Shown in pieces: positions 18,091-28,922 of a stretch of 64,000 nucleotides of DNA. Under the pieces are notes generated by a model. It made no database searches, was not told the DNA's origin, and was given only the letters and a program-made list of their open reading frames with translations. The position numbers and the translations under genes are program-made. This DNA is from Nitrospirota bacterium. Lineage in GTDB: Bacteria > JACPQY01. The stretch's first letter is position 1. Each line of letters starts with the position of its first letter. The stretch is from contig JACPAV010000019.1 of NCBI GenBank assembly GCA_016180645.1, forward strand, positions 14,560-78,559. The letters run 5' to 3'.

Positions 18091-19679
18091 AAACAGACAC
18101 GCTGCGGCTCGTTCTGGCCGTGGCCCTCTCCGCCGCGGTTCTTTATGTATGGACGCACTACTTCTATCCACCCCCAAAGACGCCCCCGGCAGCTAGGCCC
18201 ACCGCGGCGGCCCCGGTCTCCCCATCGGCTCCCGCGGCCTTAACCCAGCCCGCCGTGCCCTCTCCGGCTCTCGCGGCGCCCGTTCCCGGTCCCGCCGAGC
18301 CGACCGGAAGGCTGCTCACCGTGGATACGCCACTCTACACGGCCACCCTCTCAAGCGTGGGACCGCGCATCACTCGCCTTCAACTCAAGAAATATCCGGA
18401 GTCTCTCGATCCCGGATCGGCGGGTGTGGATATCATTTCGCAGACTAACCACGGCGCCGGCGTGCGGTTCCTCTGGACCCCGATCGCGGAGCCGCTGGAT
18501 TTCACCGGACCCGAGCGACCCGTGCGCGTCGGTCCCGGTCGCGCCGAAGTCGTGGAATACCGCTGGCAGTCCAGCCAGGGGCAGGCCCTGCGACTCGCCC
18601 TCGAATTTGATCCCCAGAGCTACGCCATCAAGGCCCGCCTCATCGAAGCCGCGGGATTCGCTCCCGGTTCCGGTCCATCGGGATTGACTCTCGCCGCCTA
18701 CAGCCCCACCGAGGCCAAGTCGAAATCCCGCACGTCCTATCACCGGCCCGCGGCCCGACTCGGCGATAAAGTCCGGCGCGAGTGGAAGGATCTGGAAAAG
18801 GCCCTGACCTACGAGGCACAGCACCATCTCGGCTGGATCGGGTTCGAGGAGCTCTATTTCCTCCAAGCTTTCTGGCCGCTATCCGCACCCGGCCCTTTCG
18901 GCGCGAAGCGGGAGGGAGCACTGGGCAGCGTGTACGTCTCCAGCCAGCCGGGACCCACCGGGCCGGCGGCCGTCTCCATCTTCCTCGGTCCCAAGGATCG
19001 CGAAATTCTCAAATCCTTCGACATTCATTTGGAGCAAGTGATCGACCTCGGGTGGTTCCAGGTCTTCGCCGTGCCCTTCTACTGGATGCTCAAATACCTC
19101 TACAAGTTCGGACACAACTGGGGCCTGGCCATCATCATCCTCACCGTCCTCATGCGGCTCGTCCTCTTTCCCATCAACCACCTCAGCTACAAGTCCATGA
19201 AGCGGATGCAGGACGTCCAGCCGCTCATGAACCAACTCCGGGAACGGTACAAGGACAAGCCGGACGAAATGAACAAGGCGCTCTTTGCCCTGTACAAGAC
19301 GCACAAGATCAACCCCCTGAGCGGCTGCCTTCCGATGGTGGCCCAGTTCCCCATCTTCATCGCCCTGTACAACGTGTTGATCAACGCGATCGAGCTCCGC
19401 CACGCCCCGTTCTACTTCTGGATTCACGATCTGTCCTCGAAAGACCCCTACTACGTCACCCCGATCATCATGGGCGCCACCATGTACATCCAGCAGTTCA
19501 TGACGCCCACGACCCCCGACCCCCGGCAGAAGATCATGATGTATCTGATGCCCGCCGTATTCACCTTCATGTTCATCAATTTCCCCAGCGGACTCGTGAT
19601 CTACTGGCTCATCAGCAATGTCCTCGGCATCGCCCAGCAATTTCTCATCTACCGCAAGCGCACTCCGGTGAAGGCCTGA
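18087..19679 (+). CDS. yidC: Membrane protein insertase YidC
   Basis: N-terminal TM segment, a periplasmic domain, then the conserved core ([34 protein letters not shown]...[15 protein letters not shown]...[17 protein letters not shown]). The ATG at 18087 overlaps the yidD stop. Confidence 0.93.
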   Translation: MKTDTLRLVLAVALSAAVLYVWTHYFYPPPKTPPAARPTAAAPVSPSAPAALTQPAVPSPALAAPVPGPAEPTGRLLTVDTPLYTATLSSVGPRITRLQLKKYPESLDPGSAGVDIISQTNHGAGVRFLWTPIAEPLDFTGPERPVRVGPGRAEVVEYRWQSSQGQALRLALEFDPQSYAIKARLIEAAGFAPGSGPSGLTLAAYSPTEAKSKSRTSYHRPAARLGDKVRREWKDLEKALTYEAQHHLGWIGFEELYFLQAFWPLSAPGPFGAKREGALGSVYVSSQPGPTGPAAVSIFLGPKDREILKSFDIHLEQVIDLGWFQVFAVPFYWMLKYLYKFGHNWGLAIIILTVLMRLVLFPINHLSYKSMKRMQDVQPLMNQLRERYKDKPDEMNKALFALYKTHKINPLSGCLPMVAQFPIFIALYNVLINAIELRHAPFYFWIHDLSSKDPYYVTPIIMGATMYIQQFMTPTTPDPRQKIMMYLMPAVFTFMFINFPSGLVIYWLISNVLGIAQQFLIYRKRTPVKA

Positions 19680-19682
19680 CGG

Positions 19683-20972
19683 ATGACCGTCCGCGGGATC
19701 GCCGTCTCCGCCCTCGCGGTTCTCGCCCTAGGCCCGGCGTGCAACGAAAAAAACTGCGAAGAGATTCCCGCCGCCGCATTCGGAAAACCCACATCGCTTG
19801 CCTTCTCAAAAGACGGGGCGCGTCTCTTCGTCGTAAACGGCAACGGCGACCGCCGGTATTGCCAGGCGTTCCTCAGCCTCTTGAAGGTGAGTCCGGACGA
19901 TCCCGCCACGCTTGCGTGGGATAGGCAGGTAGCCCTCCCCGGACTCCCCGGTGATCTCCGCGCGTCGTCCGATCCCGATCAACTTCTTGTGCCGACGCTT
20001 CTCGACGAGGGTGACATCGTTTCCGGCAAGCTCCTGATTCTCGGCCCCGACGCGACCGTCTCCCAGTCCATCCCGACCTCCCGCGGCCCCTTCTGGACGA
20101 CTCTGGTTCAATCCACAGGCAGCGATCCCCGGCTTCTCCTCAGCAGCCTCCCCGATCAAAAAGTGGACCTCCTGAGATCCAAGTCCGGAACATGGGAGAT
20201 CGAAGAAACGATCCTGTTGAACTCCGCTCTCTTCCGGTCGGGCCCCGTCAACATCGGCGCCGGCGGCCTCCCCTTGCCCGAGCGGACGGCTCTTCACGCC
20301 CATGCCGACCGATCATGGCTTCTCATTGCAGACAGCGCGATCTACGCCTTCCCGTTGGGCGAGGGCAAGACCACGCCCCGAGGGGTCCTTTGGATCTATC
20401 CCCTTGACCCGCGCGATCAGCTCTTTTGGGCGTTCGTCGGCCTGCGGCCGCGCAGCATCGCTGTGGATGAATCGCGCTCCATCGCCTACGTGACGAACCT
20501 CGGGGGATCGACCGCGCGTGGAGACATCTCCCTTGTCGACCTGACGCCGCCGACCGACGACTCCCGGACCTTCTTCACGCTGAATCTGGGTTCGACGCAG
20601 ACCGCGCCGCAGGGAATTGTTCCCGCCTCAGGGTCCTCGCCCTACGAACTCCTTCTCGCCGACGATGGCGACACACTCTTCGTCTCGGACCTCAGGGCGC
20701 CGCGCGTCTACGAAATCGACCTGACCCCCTTTCACGCCTCCCTGCGCGAAACCGGCTCGTCCACCCTCCAGCAGTGGTCCGAACTGATCGCGGATCGTGG
20801 AGAGAACTCCGTGGACTACTTCCCGGCGGCCACTCCGCATTCCTTCCCCGGCCGCGGCGCCGCCTTCCTCGCCTACCACGCCGCTTCCCGCCGGCTCGCC
20901 GTCAGTGATCCCTCGGGCGACCGGATCGAGATCTTCTCCCGAACGACAACCGCCGGCGCCCATCTCCCCTGA
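19683..20972 (+). CDS. Secreted YVTN-type beta-propeller repeat protein (possible lipoprotein)
   Basis: Signal-like N-terminus with Cys (ALAVLALGPAC). Repeat signatures LFVVNGNGD, IAYVTNLGGS and LFVSDLRAPRVYEIDL are typical of YVTN/lactonase-like propellers. Confidence 0.65.
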   Translation: MTVRGIAVSALAVLALGPACNEKNCEEIPAAAFGKPTSLAFSKDGARLFVVNGNGDRRYCQAFLSLLKVSPDDPATLAWDRQVALPGLPGDLRASSDPDQLLVPTLLDEGDIVSGKLLILGPDATVSQSIPTSRGPFWTTLVQSTGSDPRLLLSSLPDQKVDLLRSKSGTWEIEETILLNSALFRSGPVNIGAGGLPLPERTALHAHADRSWLLIADSAIYAFPLGEGKTTPRGVLWIYPLDPRDQLFWAFVGLRPRSIAVDESRSIAYVTNLGGSTARGDISLVDLTPPTDDSRTFFTLNLGSTQTAPQGIVPASGSSPYELLLADDGDTLFVSDLRAPRVYEIDLTPFHASLRETGSSTLQQWSELIADRGENSVDYFPAATPHSFPGRGAAFLAYHAASRRLAVSDPSGDRIEIFSRTTTAGAHLP

Positions 20973-21110
20973 ACCCCGCATGCCCGTCCTGCCGGCTCAG
21001 ACCTCAACATGCACCGTCGTGCTGACAGTCAACGGGTTCCCGTGGTAATGTAGTCCCGCACAGATGGCGGTGGGACTTATCCTTAGGTAGGCGGGTCGGA
21101 GGCGCATCCC

Positions 21111-21911
21111 TTGCAGATCTCCCGATGGGCCACATTCCTGTTGAACTCCGGTCGAGCGGAAATCCAAAGCCATCTGAAGAACGCCATCATCCGAAGATTG
21201 AGGCCCCTCCCGGTCCGGGCGCGCAGCTTCCAAACCTCGGCTTGCTTCTCCGCGGATGACGATATCTCGGGCCCATCGGACGACCTCCTTACGCTCGGCA
21301 TCGAGGCCGCGCAGCGAGCCAAGGGTATTCGCCTCGACGAACTGGCCGGCCGAAGGGGAGCCCTGCCCTACCTCAATACCTGGCCCGGCGAGCATTACCG
21401 CCTACTGGCCGCGATCGTCCAGATCCTCAAGCCGAAGCTGGCGATCGAAATTGGAACGTTCACGGGACTGTCCGCCCTGGCCATGAAGGCGTTCCTGCCC
21501 CTGGAGTCCACCTTGGCCACCTTCGACACCGTGGACTGGAGCTCCCATCCCGAATACGTCCTGCAAGAGGATGATTTCATGGGGGGGCGGTTGATACGGC
21601 ACATGGATGACGTGAGTGATCCGGCGGTATTTCCGAAATACCGGGACCTCTTCGCGCGCGCCCAGCTCATTTTTGTGGACGCGGCGAAGGACGGCGTCAT
21701 GGAGTACAAGCTGTGGAACAATCTTCAGACCCTGAAGCCCGCCGGCGCCTGTCTCCTTATCTTCGACGACATCCGTCTGTGGTCGATGCTCCGTTTTTGG
21801 AGGCAAATTCCCCTGCCTCGGCTGGATCTGACCTCTTTCGGACATTGGACGGGGACGGGCCTGGTCGAGGTGCGAGGCCGCTACCAACCCCTCGCTTCAC
21901 TTCCGCACTGA
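21111..21911 (+). CDS. Class I SAM-dependent methyltransferase (O-methyltransferase/CmcI-like); start uncertain
   Basis: KPKLAIEIGTFTGLSALAM (motif I-like), LIFVDAAKDG and LLIFDDI resemble the Methyltransf_24/O-MT family 3 layout. Confidence 0.55.
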   Translation: MQISRWATFLLNSGRAEIQSHLKNAIIRRLRPLPVRARSFQTSACFSADDDISGPSDDLLTLGIEAAQRAKGIRLDELAGRRGALPYLNTWPGEHYRLLAAIVQILKPKLAIEIGTFTGLSALAMKAFLPLESTLATFDTVDWSSHPEYVLQEDDFMGGRLIRHMDDVSDPAVFPKYRDLFARAQLIFVDAAKDGVMEYKLWNNLQTLKPAGACLLIFDDIRLWSMLRFWRQIPLPRLDLTSFGHWTGTGLVEVRGRYQPLASLPH

Positions 21912-21920
21912 CCCGGCATC

Positions 21921-22925
21921 ATGCTGATCACCCAAACCCCCCTGCGCGTAAGCTTTTTCGGCGGCGGAACGGACCAACGTGAATTCTACCGTCACACACA
22001 GGGATGTGTCCTCTCCACCACCATCGACAAGTACCTCTACGTCATCCTGAAAGAGCGGTACGACAAGAAATTCGTCGTTTCCTGGTCGCGCAAGGAGTCC
22101 GTCGAATCGCTCGACGAAATCCAGCATCAACTCGTGCGCGAGGCCCTCCGCCTCACGACCCTCGGCCCCGGCATCGAGGTCGTCACCGTGGCGGATATCC
22201 CTTCCGAAGGCTCGGGCCTGGGTTCATCGAGCACTCTCACCGTGGGACTTTTGAACGCCTTCTGGCAATTCCAAGGGGAAACAAAGACGCCGGAAGAACT
22301 GGCCAGACAGGCCGTCATGATCGAAGCCGACATTCTCCGCAAGCCGGTGGGCAAGCAGGATCACTACGCCGCCGCTTACGGGAACCTGCGCACCCTCACC
22401 TTCTCCCCCAACGAGACCGTCACCGCCGAAAAAGTGGCCCTCCCGGAACCCACCCGGCGTCGTCTCGAAAACAACCTCCTCCTCTTCTACACCAACCGCA
22501 CGCGATCCGCCGACCCGATCATCTCGGAGCAGAAAGCCAATACCGAATCGAAAAAACCGATCCTGTCGCGCATGCGGGATCAGGTCGCGCTCGCGCAGCA
22601 GCTGCTCCAAGGCGGCGACCTCGACGGATTCGGCCGCCTTCTCCACGAGGCGTGGACGCTCAAGAAACAACTCGCCGGCGGGATTACCACGCCCGATCTG
22701 GATCGGATGTATCAGACCGCGCTCGATGCGGGCGCCCTCGGAGGAAAAATCCTGGGGGCCGGCGGGGGCGGATTCCTTCTCGTGTACAGCCCCATGGAAC
22801 GGCAGGACGCCGTGCGCCATGCCATGACCGCCATCGGATACGGCGAGATGCCCTTCCGGTTCGAGCGAGACGGCACCAAGGTGATCTTCAACGTCCGCCG
22901 CGATTCCTGGAAGGTCGCCCCGTAG
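21921..22925 (+). CDS. GHMP-family sugar kinase (HddA-like heptose-7-phosphate kinase family)
   Basis: MLITQTPLRVSFFGGGTD..., the GHMP motif PSEGSGLGSSSTLTVGLLNA, and the C-terminal GGKILGAGGGGFLL. Confidence 0.82.
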   Translation: MLITQTPLRVSFFGGGTDQREFYRHTQGCVLSTTIDKYLYVILKERYDKKFVVSWSRKESVESLDEIQHQLVREALRLTTLGPGIEVVTVADIPSEGSGLGSSSTLTVGLLNAFWQFQGETKTPEELARQAVMIEADILRKPVGKQDHYAAAYGNLRTLTFSPNETVTAEKVALPEPTRRRLENNLLLFYTNRTRSADPIISEQKANTESKKPILSRMRDQVALAQQLLQGGDLDGFGRLLHEAWTLKKQLAGGITTPDLDRMYQTALDAGALGGKILGAGGGGFLLVYSPMERQDAVRHAMTAIGYGEMPFRFERDGTKVIFNVRRDSWKVAP

Positions 22926-22929
22926 TCCA

Positions 22930-23937
22930 ATGACCCAACCGCGCGCGATCCTGGTCACCGGTGGAGCGGGGTATATCGGGAGCCACACCGTCAAGATGCT
23001 TCACCGGAGCGGGACCGTTCCCGTCGTGCTCGACAATCTCCTCACGGGCCATCGCTGGGCCCTGCGCTACGGGCGTTTCATCAAAGGGGATCTCCAGGAC
23101 GCCAAGCGGACCCTCCGGATCCTCGGCGAAGTCCGGCCGTGGGCGGTCCTGCACTTCGCCGCCTCGGCGGAAGTGGAAGGCTCCATGCGCGACCCCCACA
23201 GCTACTTCGGCAACAACGTTCTGTCCACCTTGAATCTCCTCGCGGCCATGCGGGCCGTCCGATGCCGGCTCCTGGTTTTCTCCTCCAGCGCGGCCGTCTA
23301 CGGAGCCCCCGGCCGGCGGCCCCTCTCCGAAAGCGATGCCTGCCGCCCGATCAATCCCTACGGAGAGAGCAAGCTCATGTGCGAGCGGATGATTCATTGG
23401 TGCTCCCAGGCGGACGACCTGAAGTACGTTTCCTTCCGCTACTTCAACGCGGCCGGGGCGGACCCCGACGGTGAACTGGGCGAGATCCACCGCCCGGAGA
23501 AGCACCTCATCCCCTGCATCCTGCGCGCAGCCGCCGGCATCGACCGGAAGTTCCACCTCTACGGCACCCGTCACCCGACCCGAGACGGCACCTGCGTAAG
23601 AGATTTCCTCCACGTCTCGGACGTTGCGCAGGCCCACATCCGCGCGATCGGCTACCTCGCGGATGGAGGCCAGAGCATGGAAATGAATCTGGGCACCGGG
23701 AAGGGAACCACGGTCCGGGAAATCATCGATCTCGCCGCCCGCGTCACCGGAAGGCGCATCCGCCCGGTGGAGGCTCCCGCCCGCCGCGGCGATCCTCCGA
23801 TTCTGGTTGCCGACTGCTCCCGGGCGCGCAAGGTGCTCGGGTTCACCCCTCGCTACGTCGATCCGGAACCGATGATCCGTTCCGCATGGGATTGGTTTCG
23901 GAACACCGGAATCCGCTACGCGCGCGCCGGCCAATAG
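22930..23937 (+). CDS. galE: UDP-glucose 4-epimerase
   Basis: ILVTGGAGYIGSH Rossmann motif, YGESKLMCE (YxxxK), FRYFNAAGA. Length 335 aa. Confidence 0.88.
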   Translation: MTQPRAILVTGGAGYIGSHTVKMLHRSGTVPVVLDNLLTGHRWALRYGRFIKGDLQDAKRTLRILGEVRPWAVLHFAASAEVEGSMRDPHSYFGNNVLSTLNLLAAMRAVRCRLLVFSSSAAVYGAPGRRPLSESDACRPINPYGESKLMCERMIHWCSQADDLKYVSFRYFNAAGADPDGELGEIHRPEKHLIPCILRAAAGIDRKFHLYGTRHPTRDGTCVRDFLHVSDVAQAHIRAIGYLADGGQSMEMNLGTGKGTTVREIIDLAARVTGRRIRPVEAPARRGDPPILVADCSRARKVLGFTPRYVDPEPMIRSAWDWFRNTGIRYARAGQ

Positions 23938-23952
23938 CCTATCCCAAGTCGA

Positions 23953-24147
23953 GTAGGGGAGCATCTTCAGATGCTCCCTCCCGTCGGGAGGGTCTGAAGA
24001 CCCTCCCCTACGCATGATGACCAACATAAACCTTTCAAGAAATGGCAAAAGTAGGGAAGCATCTTCAGATGCTCCCTCTTGTCGGGAGGGTCTGAAGACC
24101 CCCCCTACGCATGATGACCAACATAAACCTTTCAAGAAATGGCAAAA
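23953..24147 (+). repeat. Two tandem copies (98 + 97 nt) of a composite repeat: double hairpin plus a 40-nt AT-rich tail
   Basis: Copy 1 is 23953-24050 and copy 2 is 24051-24147. Unit: GTAGGGG-AGCATC-TTCA-GATGCT-CCC ... GGGAGGGTC-TGAA-GACCCTCCC-CTAC, then GCATGATGACCAACATAAACCTTTCAAGAAATGGCAAAA. It lies between the convergent 3' ends of galE and wzx. Confidence 0.9.
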
Positions 24148-24208
24148 GTCGATCTCACAGCGAACCGAATCCATCTCAGCGCAGGATTGGCCCTGCGCGC
24201 CGGCGGCC

Positions 24209-25750
24209 CTACCGAGGCGGTTCTCCTCCACCTGCGCGTCCCCTTCGGGCCACTTCGGCCAGCCAGGACTTCAACGCGTCCCGGTCGGTTTCATCCAGCA
24301 TCATCGACCACGCGATCTTGGAGTAGAGGGCCAGAAAACCCGTTGCCATGGCGATCTCGCCGACGGCGCCGGCGTGCGGCATCAGCCTCCGCAGCGCCGC
24401 GAATCCGGCGGCCGCGAGCAAGGCCAACAGGAAGCCCGCCCCGAATACCTTCCCGAGAAACCCGAGAACCGGCGCGCGAACCTGCCGACAGGACAATACC
24501 CACAGGATCGCCGCATCCAGCGCCACGCGCCCTCCATAGGCCCACGCGGCTCCTTCGATTCCCCTCAGTCGCACCAGACCATACGCGGCCGGCAGGTAGA
24601 GAACCACTTCCACCAAGTAGGCCTTCGCGATCAAGTCCGGCCGGTTGACGGCTTGGAGCACCGTAGACGAGCTCCAAGCCGACACATTGACCAGTGTCGC
24701 GCACGCCAGAATCACCAGCACCCTCGAACTTCGCGCCGCAAAATCTCCCCCCATCCACCACCCCAGGATTTCCGACGCAAAGGAAGCCACCAGCACGATG
24801 ATCGGCGTGATATAGACGACCAAGTGCCGGCCCACCCGCGCGTGCAGATCCCGCACCCGCTCGCCGCGCCCCTGGCCGTCCAGTTCGCTCACCGCCGGAA
24901 ACAACACGCCCGTCAGGGCTTGCGGAAGGAACCACGTGGCGGACAACGCATTGAACGGCACGGAGTAGTACGTCAGGGCGCCGACCGACCATACCTTGGA
25001 GACCACCAGTTTTTCGAAATGCGTCAGGAAGGGGCCTATGAAACTTGGCACGGAACTCCACAAACCGAAGACCATCAGTTTGCGCAGGACGGGCGCCCAG
25101 GACCCCCCCGCGCCGGCCCACCCCGTCATGCGAAGCATCACGGCATAGGAAACGGCCACGGATACCCCCTGCACGGCAATCTGAGCCTCCATGACCGCCC
25201 CGATCCGGCCCCCGAGGTGCAGAACCGCCAACGCCGCGACGATGCGCAGCGTACCGAAGGTCGAAGTCAGAAGATTCGAGATACCGAATTTCTGGAGCCC
25301 TTTGAGGGTCGACTGGGGAACCTGCTCCAACATCGCCAGCCCGAAGGTCACCGCGGCGCACCGGAAAACCAGCCGCACCGTGGCCGGGTTCGCATCGCCG
25401 GCCTTCACCAGCCACACGCTCAGCATCGGGGTCAGGAGAACGATCAGCGCCGCTCCCAGCGCAGCCACGCCGAGGTAGAACACCGACGACGCCGACACAA
25501 TCCGCCGCAGTTCGAGACGGTCCGGGTCGGTCCTCTTCTCGGCCACGAATTTCTGCGTGGCCATGACCACCCCCACATCCAGGAACGAAAAGTAGGCGCC
25601 CAGGATCCCCGCGAGCGTGAACAGGCCGTACTCGCGCTCGCCCAACTGATGGACGATGTACGGCGTCGCCAGGAGGGATAGGACAATAGACCATCCCCTG
25701 CCCAGGAGGTTGTAGACGGCGCCGGTGATCAGCCGGAAGGAGGTCCGCAC
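24209..25750 (-). CDS. wzx: Polysaccharide flippase (Wzx / MOP superfamily)
   Basis: Polytopic; N-terminus LITGAVYNLLGRGWSIVLSLLATPYIVHQLGEREYGLFTLAG is typical of Wzx-type polysaccharide biosynthesis proteins. Start set at GTG 25750, preceded by GGGAGG. The longer track ORF is an upstream extension through the neighbouring GT. Confidence 0.8.
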   Translation of the reverse strand: MRTSFRLITGAVYNLLGRGWSIVLSLLATPYIVHQLGEREYGLFTLAGILGAYFSFLDVGVVMATQKFVAEKRTDPDRLELRRIVSASSVFYLGVAALGAALIVLLTPMLSVWLVKAGDANPATVRLVFRCAAVTFGLAMLEQVPQSTLKGLQKFGISNLLTSTFGTLRIVAALAVLHLGGRIGAVMEAQIAVQGVSVAVSYAVMLRMTGWAGAGGSWAPVLRKLMVFGLWSSVPSFIGPFLTHFEKLVVSKVWSVGALTYYSVPFNALSATWFLPQALTGVLFPAVSELDGQGRGERVRDLHARVGRHLVVYITPIIVLVASFASEILGWWMGGDFAARSSRVLVILACATLVNVSAWSSSTVLQAVNRPDLIAKAYLVEVVLYLPAAYGLVRLRGIEGAAWAYGGRVALDAAILWVLSCRQVRAPVLGFLGKVFGAGFLLALLAAAGFAALRRLMPHAGAVGEIAMATGFLALYSKIAWSMMLDETDRDALKSWLAEVARRGRAGGGEPPR

Positions 25751-26766
25751 GCACCCTCCCGTTCCCCGCCGCCCCTGACCAGTCGCTCTTCGCCGTAGCG
25801 CCGGATGGGCTTGACCCGGCCGAACATGAAATCCCGCGCCAGGTCCCTCCGGCAGCGCGCCGCTCGCAACGCGCTCACACCACGAGGCTGGGCGTCCATG
25901 GGGGGGAACAGTCTCAGCCGCAACGCCTCGAGGGCGAAAGTCAGGAAAAGAACAACCTGGTAGAACTTGACGGACCACAGGGGCCGATGGTTCGAGAGAA
26001 TCACATACAGATTGTGGTACGCGAACCATTCGGTTTCCGGGAAGCCGACGTACTGGCGGCTCGATGCGCCGCTGACGTGAGCCACGGACACCTCGTGGAA
26101 GAAGACCGTGCCCCATCCCGCCTGGGCGGCCCGCCAGCACAGGTCCCAGTCCTCATTGCCGTGGAACGTGGCCTCCGTGAGCAGGCCGATATCCTCAAAG
26201 ACCCGGCGCCTCACCAGCATGCACGATCCCCCCAGCCAATCCACACGGAGCGTTTCGTCGAACCCGAAATGTCGTTCGAGGAGGAGGCGCCCTCGGAGGC
26301 GCTTCGGCAGCAGGCGGTGGAGCCGGAGCGCGATGAAGATCTCGCGCCAGGCGCTGTGGAAGCGGAACACCGACGGCTGTAGGCGCCCGTCGGGATACAC
26401 CATGCGCGGGCCCAGAATCCCGATCTCCGGTTGCGACCGCAGGCAAGCCATCATCCGGTCGATCCCTTCCCGGCCCACCCTTGCATCCGGATTCAAGAGC
26501 AGCACGAATTCCCCCGACGCCATCCGGAGCGCCTGATTGTTGCCCCTGCCGAAGCCGACATTCCCGCCGGATCGGACAAGCCGGACCTTCGGGAATTCCC
26601 TCTCCACCATGTCCGCGCTGCCGTCCGAGGAGGCATTGTCCACAACGATGATCTCATGCGAGCACCCCGGGGGATCCGTTCCCAAAACCTTCAGAGATTC
26701 CCGCAACAGATCGCGGGTCTCAAAACTCACCATAATGACGCTCAGCTCAAGGGACACCGGCTGCAT
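25729..26766 (-). CDS. Family 2 glycosyltransferase
   Basis: LSVIMVSFETRDLL...EIIVVDNASSDGS...NVGFGRGNNQALRMASGEFVLLLNPDA. Start trimmed to ATG 26766. Confidence 0.85.
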   Translation of the reverse strand: MQPVSLELSVIMVSFETRDLLRESLKVLGTDPPGCSHEIIVVDNASSDGSADMVEREFPKVRLVRSGGNVGFGRGNNQALRMASGEFVLLLNPDARVGREGIDRMMACLRSQPEIGILGPRMVYPDGRLQPSVFRFHSAWREIFIALRLHRLLPKRLRGRLLLERHFGFDETLRVDWLGGSCMLVRRRVFEDIGLLTEATFHGNEDWDLCWRAAQAGWGTVFFHEVSVAHVSGASSRQYVGFPETEWFAYHNLYVILSNHRPLWSVKFYQVVLFLTFALEALRLRLFPPMDAQPRGVSALRAARCRRDLARDFMFGRVKPIRRYGEERLVRGGGEREGACGPPSG

Positions 26767-26783
26767 GGGGTTCTCCACTCGCC

Positions 26784-27839
26784 CTATCCGCGCCCGGTCT
26801 TGTCGCGACTCAGCTTCATGGGAGGGGCGCCCGCGCGAAGCTGTCCGAGGCAGACCACTTCCCCGGCCAGCACTCCCAAATCCGCCGCCAATTTCGCGAA
26901 AGGGTACAGGAAGAACGTCGCCTTCCGCCGGACAAATCGATAGAGCCGCCTCACGGAGAGCAGAGCGCCCCCGTAGTAAAGGAGGACGAGGGCCGCCGCA
27001 CCCGGCCATCCAAGCCCCACAACCAAGGCACACGCCGCCGCGCTCCGGAAAAGAAGGAGCCGGTGCCCCTTCCAAAAGAGCGCCTCGAATCGGCCGTGCC
27101 CCATGAAGTAATGCCGCGCAAGGTAGTCCCGCTTCTGTCGGGCGAAATACGTCTTCCACAAGCGCGCCACCGTGGCCCTCGGCTCATGGTACATGATCGC
27201 CTTCGGGTTGAAGGCCAGCGCGTACTTCCCTCCGACCTCGCAGGCCATGAAGAAATCCTCCCCCTGCCCGCGGAGGATCTTGGTATCTTCCGGATAGCGA
27301 AACTCCCTGAAGACCGCGCTCCGGTAGGCATGGTTCGATCCGGACAATACGACGGTGGGCACAATGGCGTCCGCACTCTCATCCGCCAGGCGCCGCAGGC
27401 CGCTCCCCGGAATGCCCAACAGTTCCTGCGTCTCAAGCCAGGCGGAGGATTCCTGGCAACGCACCAGCCCGCCGGCGCCGTACACGGCCGGGTCTTGGAA
27501 GGGGCGGACGATTTCCCGCAGCCAGCGGGGGTCCGGCACTTCGTCGTCATCGCAAAAGGCCACCAGGTCCACCCGATTCAGATCGACGTGAGACACGCCG
27601 ACGTTGCGGGCGTACCCCAGGCCCAGATGTTTTCTGGGAATCGCGACATACCGCACTCCCGCGACCGGCCCGGCCTGGGACCCTTCCTCCTCCACCACGA
27701 TAACCTCGTATCGATCCCGCGGATACTCCAGCCGCCGGACGTGATCGACGGCGGTCAACAAACCGGCATGCCGGTCCTTGGAACAAATGATGATGGCCGC
27801 CGTCGGAAGGGTCGTCGGTTCCGGCTGCATCGCATCCAT
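26784..27839 (-). CDS. Family 2 glycosyltransferase with C-terminal membrane segments
   Basis: AAIIICSKDR...EVIVVEEEGS...GLGYARNVG...FCDDDEVPDPRWL, with a hydrophobic C-terminus. Confidence 0.78.
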   Translation of the reverse strand: MDAMQPEPTTLPTAAIIICSKDRHAGLLTAVDHVRRLEYPRDRYEVIVVEEEGSQAGPVAGVRYVAIPRKHLGLGYARNVGVSHVDLNRVDLVAFCDDDEVPDPRWLREIVRPFQDPAVYGAGGLVRCQESSAWLETQELLGIPGSGLRRLADESADAIVPTVVLSGSNHAYRSAVFREFRYPEDTKILRGQGEDFFMACEVGGKYALAFNPKAIMYHEPRATVARLWKTYFARQKRDYLARHYFMGHGRFEALFWKGHRLLLFRSAAACALVVGLGWPGAAALVLLYYGGALLSVRRLYRFVRRKATFFLYPFAKLAADLGVLAGEVVCLGQLRAGAPPMKLSRDKTGRG

Positions 27840-28922
27840 TCAGGGCAAACTCACGCGCGCGCGCGCCGTCTCCAGGATCTGCCCCAGCCGCGCCCGTGAC
27901 GTGTGTTCCCGGAGCGTGCGTTCGTGCGCCCGCCGGGCCATGTCCACTCTCTGGGACTCGTGCCGGAGGTAGTACTCCACCTTCGAAACGAGGGTTTCCG
28001 GCGTGTCGTAAACATCCACTTCCTCGCCGACTCTGAAGAGTCGTCGAATCTGAACGCAATCGTCCGTGAGCAGGAACGCCCCGCACGCCGTGACCTCGAA
28101 AGGCCGCATGGGCAGGCCTTGATAGGCCCCCCCCCGTCCGTACAACCCATGGACGTTCACCACGATCTTCGAAGCCGCGTAGATTCGTTCCATCTCCCAG
28201 GCTTCAATCCAACGATCCTCAAGGCACTTCGACGTCTCCGGCTCCCGGCCCTTCCAGTCTTCGCCGCCCATGGAAGCGCTTCCCCAAATCCTGAATCGAA
28301 CGGGCCGGCGCGCCAAGTGGCGGAACAGATCCAGCCGATTGGGCCTCAGGATGCCCACGAACGCCACGTCGCTCTCGTAACGGCGGCGTTCCTCTTCGGA
28401 GAGGGTGACAGGGTGGAATTGCTCGGGGTCCACGTTGTTCGGAGCCGTCGCCACGTGGCCGGCGCGCAGGGGAAACTCCCGCAAGACCTCGATCTCATCC
28501 AGAATGAAGAACAGGTCGAAATGGGGCGCCAGCCGTTCCGCCAGCGCCCGCAGCTCCGGCTCATAGAGGGGCTCGCCGAAGTAGCATGCCGTGGGAATCT
28601 TGAGTTTCTCGCGCGCCGATTGGAGCGCGTCCGGATGGATCATGGATCCCTTGACCACGAGGATCAGATCCGGTCGGAACGCCTCGATTTCGTCCAGGAA
28701 GGCCCCGCTGGTCGCCGCGGTCTGGAGTCGATGCACGAACTTGAATCGGCCGGGCCGGGGAATCACTTTCTTGATCAACGTCTTGATCGCAACGAGCGGG
28801 CCGGTCGTCAGATGCCGGTCGCTCATGTGGTCGAAGAACCGCACCTCGTGCCCCATGGCCTCCAGGGCCTTTCGATGGCCGAAACCGGTGTAGTGCGGAA
28901 AATCGGCCAGAAGAATTTTCAT
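27840..28922 (-). CDS. CgeB-like glycosyltransferase (DUF3880 / Glyco_trans_1_2 type)
   Basis: MKILLADFPHYTGFGHRKALEAMGHEV at the N-terminus. The C-terminal PMRPFEVTACGAFLLTD...VDVYDTPETLVSKVEYYLRHE is typical of CgeB-family proteins. ATG 28922 chosen (the track ORF starts at 28952). Confidence 0.68.
   Translation of the reverse strand: MKILLADFPHYTGFGHRKALEAMGHEVRFFDHMSDRHLTTGPLVAIKTLIKKVIPRPGRFKFVHRLQTAATSGAFLDEIEAFRPDLILVVKGSMIHPDALQSAREKLKIPTACYFGEPLYEPELRALAERLAPHFDLFFILDEIEVLREFPLRAGHVATAPNNVDPEQFHPVTLSEEERRRYESDVAFVGILRPNRLDLFRHLARRPVRFRIWGSASMGGEDWKGREPETSKCLEDRWIEAWEMERIYAASKIVVNVHGLYGRGGAYQGLPMRPFEVTACGAFLLTDDCVQIRRLFRVGEEVDVYDTPETLVSKVEYYLRHESQRVDMARRAHERTLREHTSRARLGQILETARARVSLP

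Noticed and set aside
18782-19924. 380-aa plus-strand ORF
   Set aside because: It is an out-of-frame shadow of yidC and the downstream propeller gene. P/R-rich.
23953-24147. Tandem 98-nt repeats considered as a CRISPR array
   Set aside because: There are only two units, they abut directly with no spacers, the unit is far longer than a CRISPR repeat, and there are no cas genes in the window.
22888-24231. 447-aa minus-strand ORF
   Set aside because: It is antisense to galE and runs through the tandem repeats. No motifs.
24014-25681. 555-aa plus-strand ORF
   Set aside because: It is antisense to the wzx flippase, has extreme R/P/H/Q composition and no motifs, and begins inside the 98-nt repeat.
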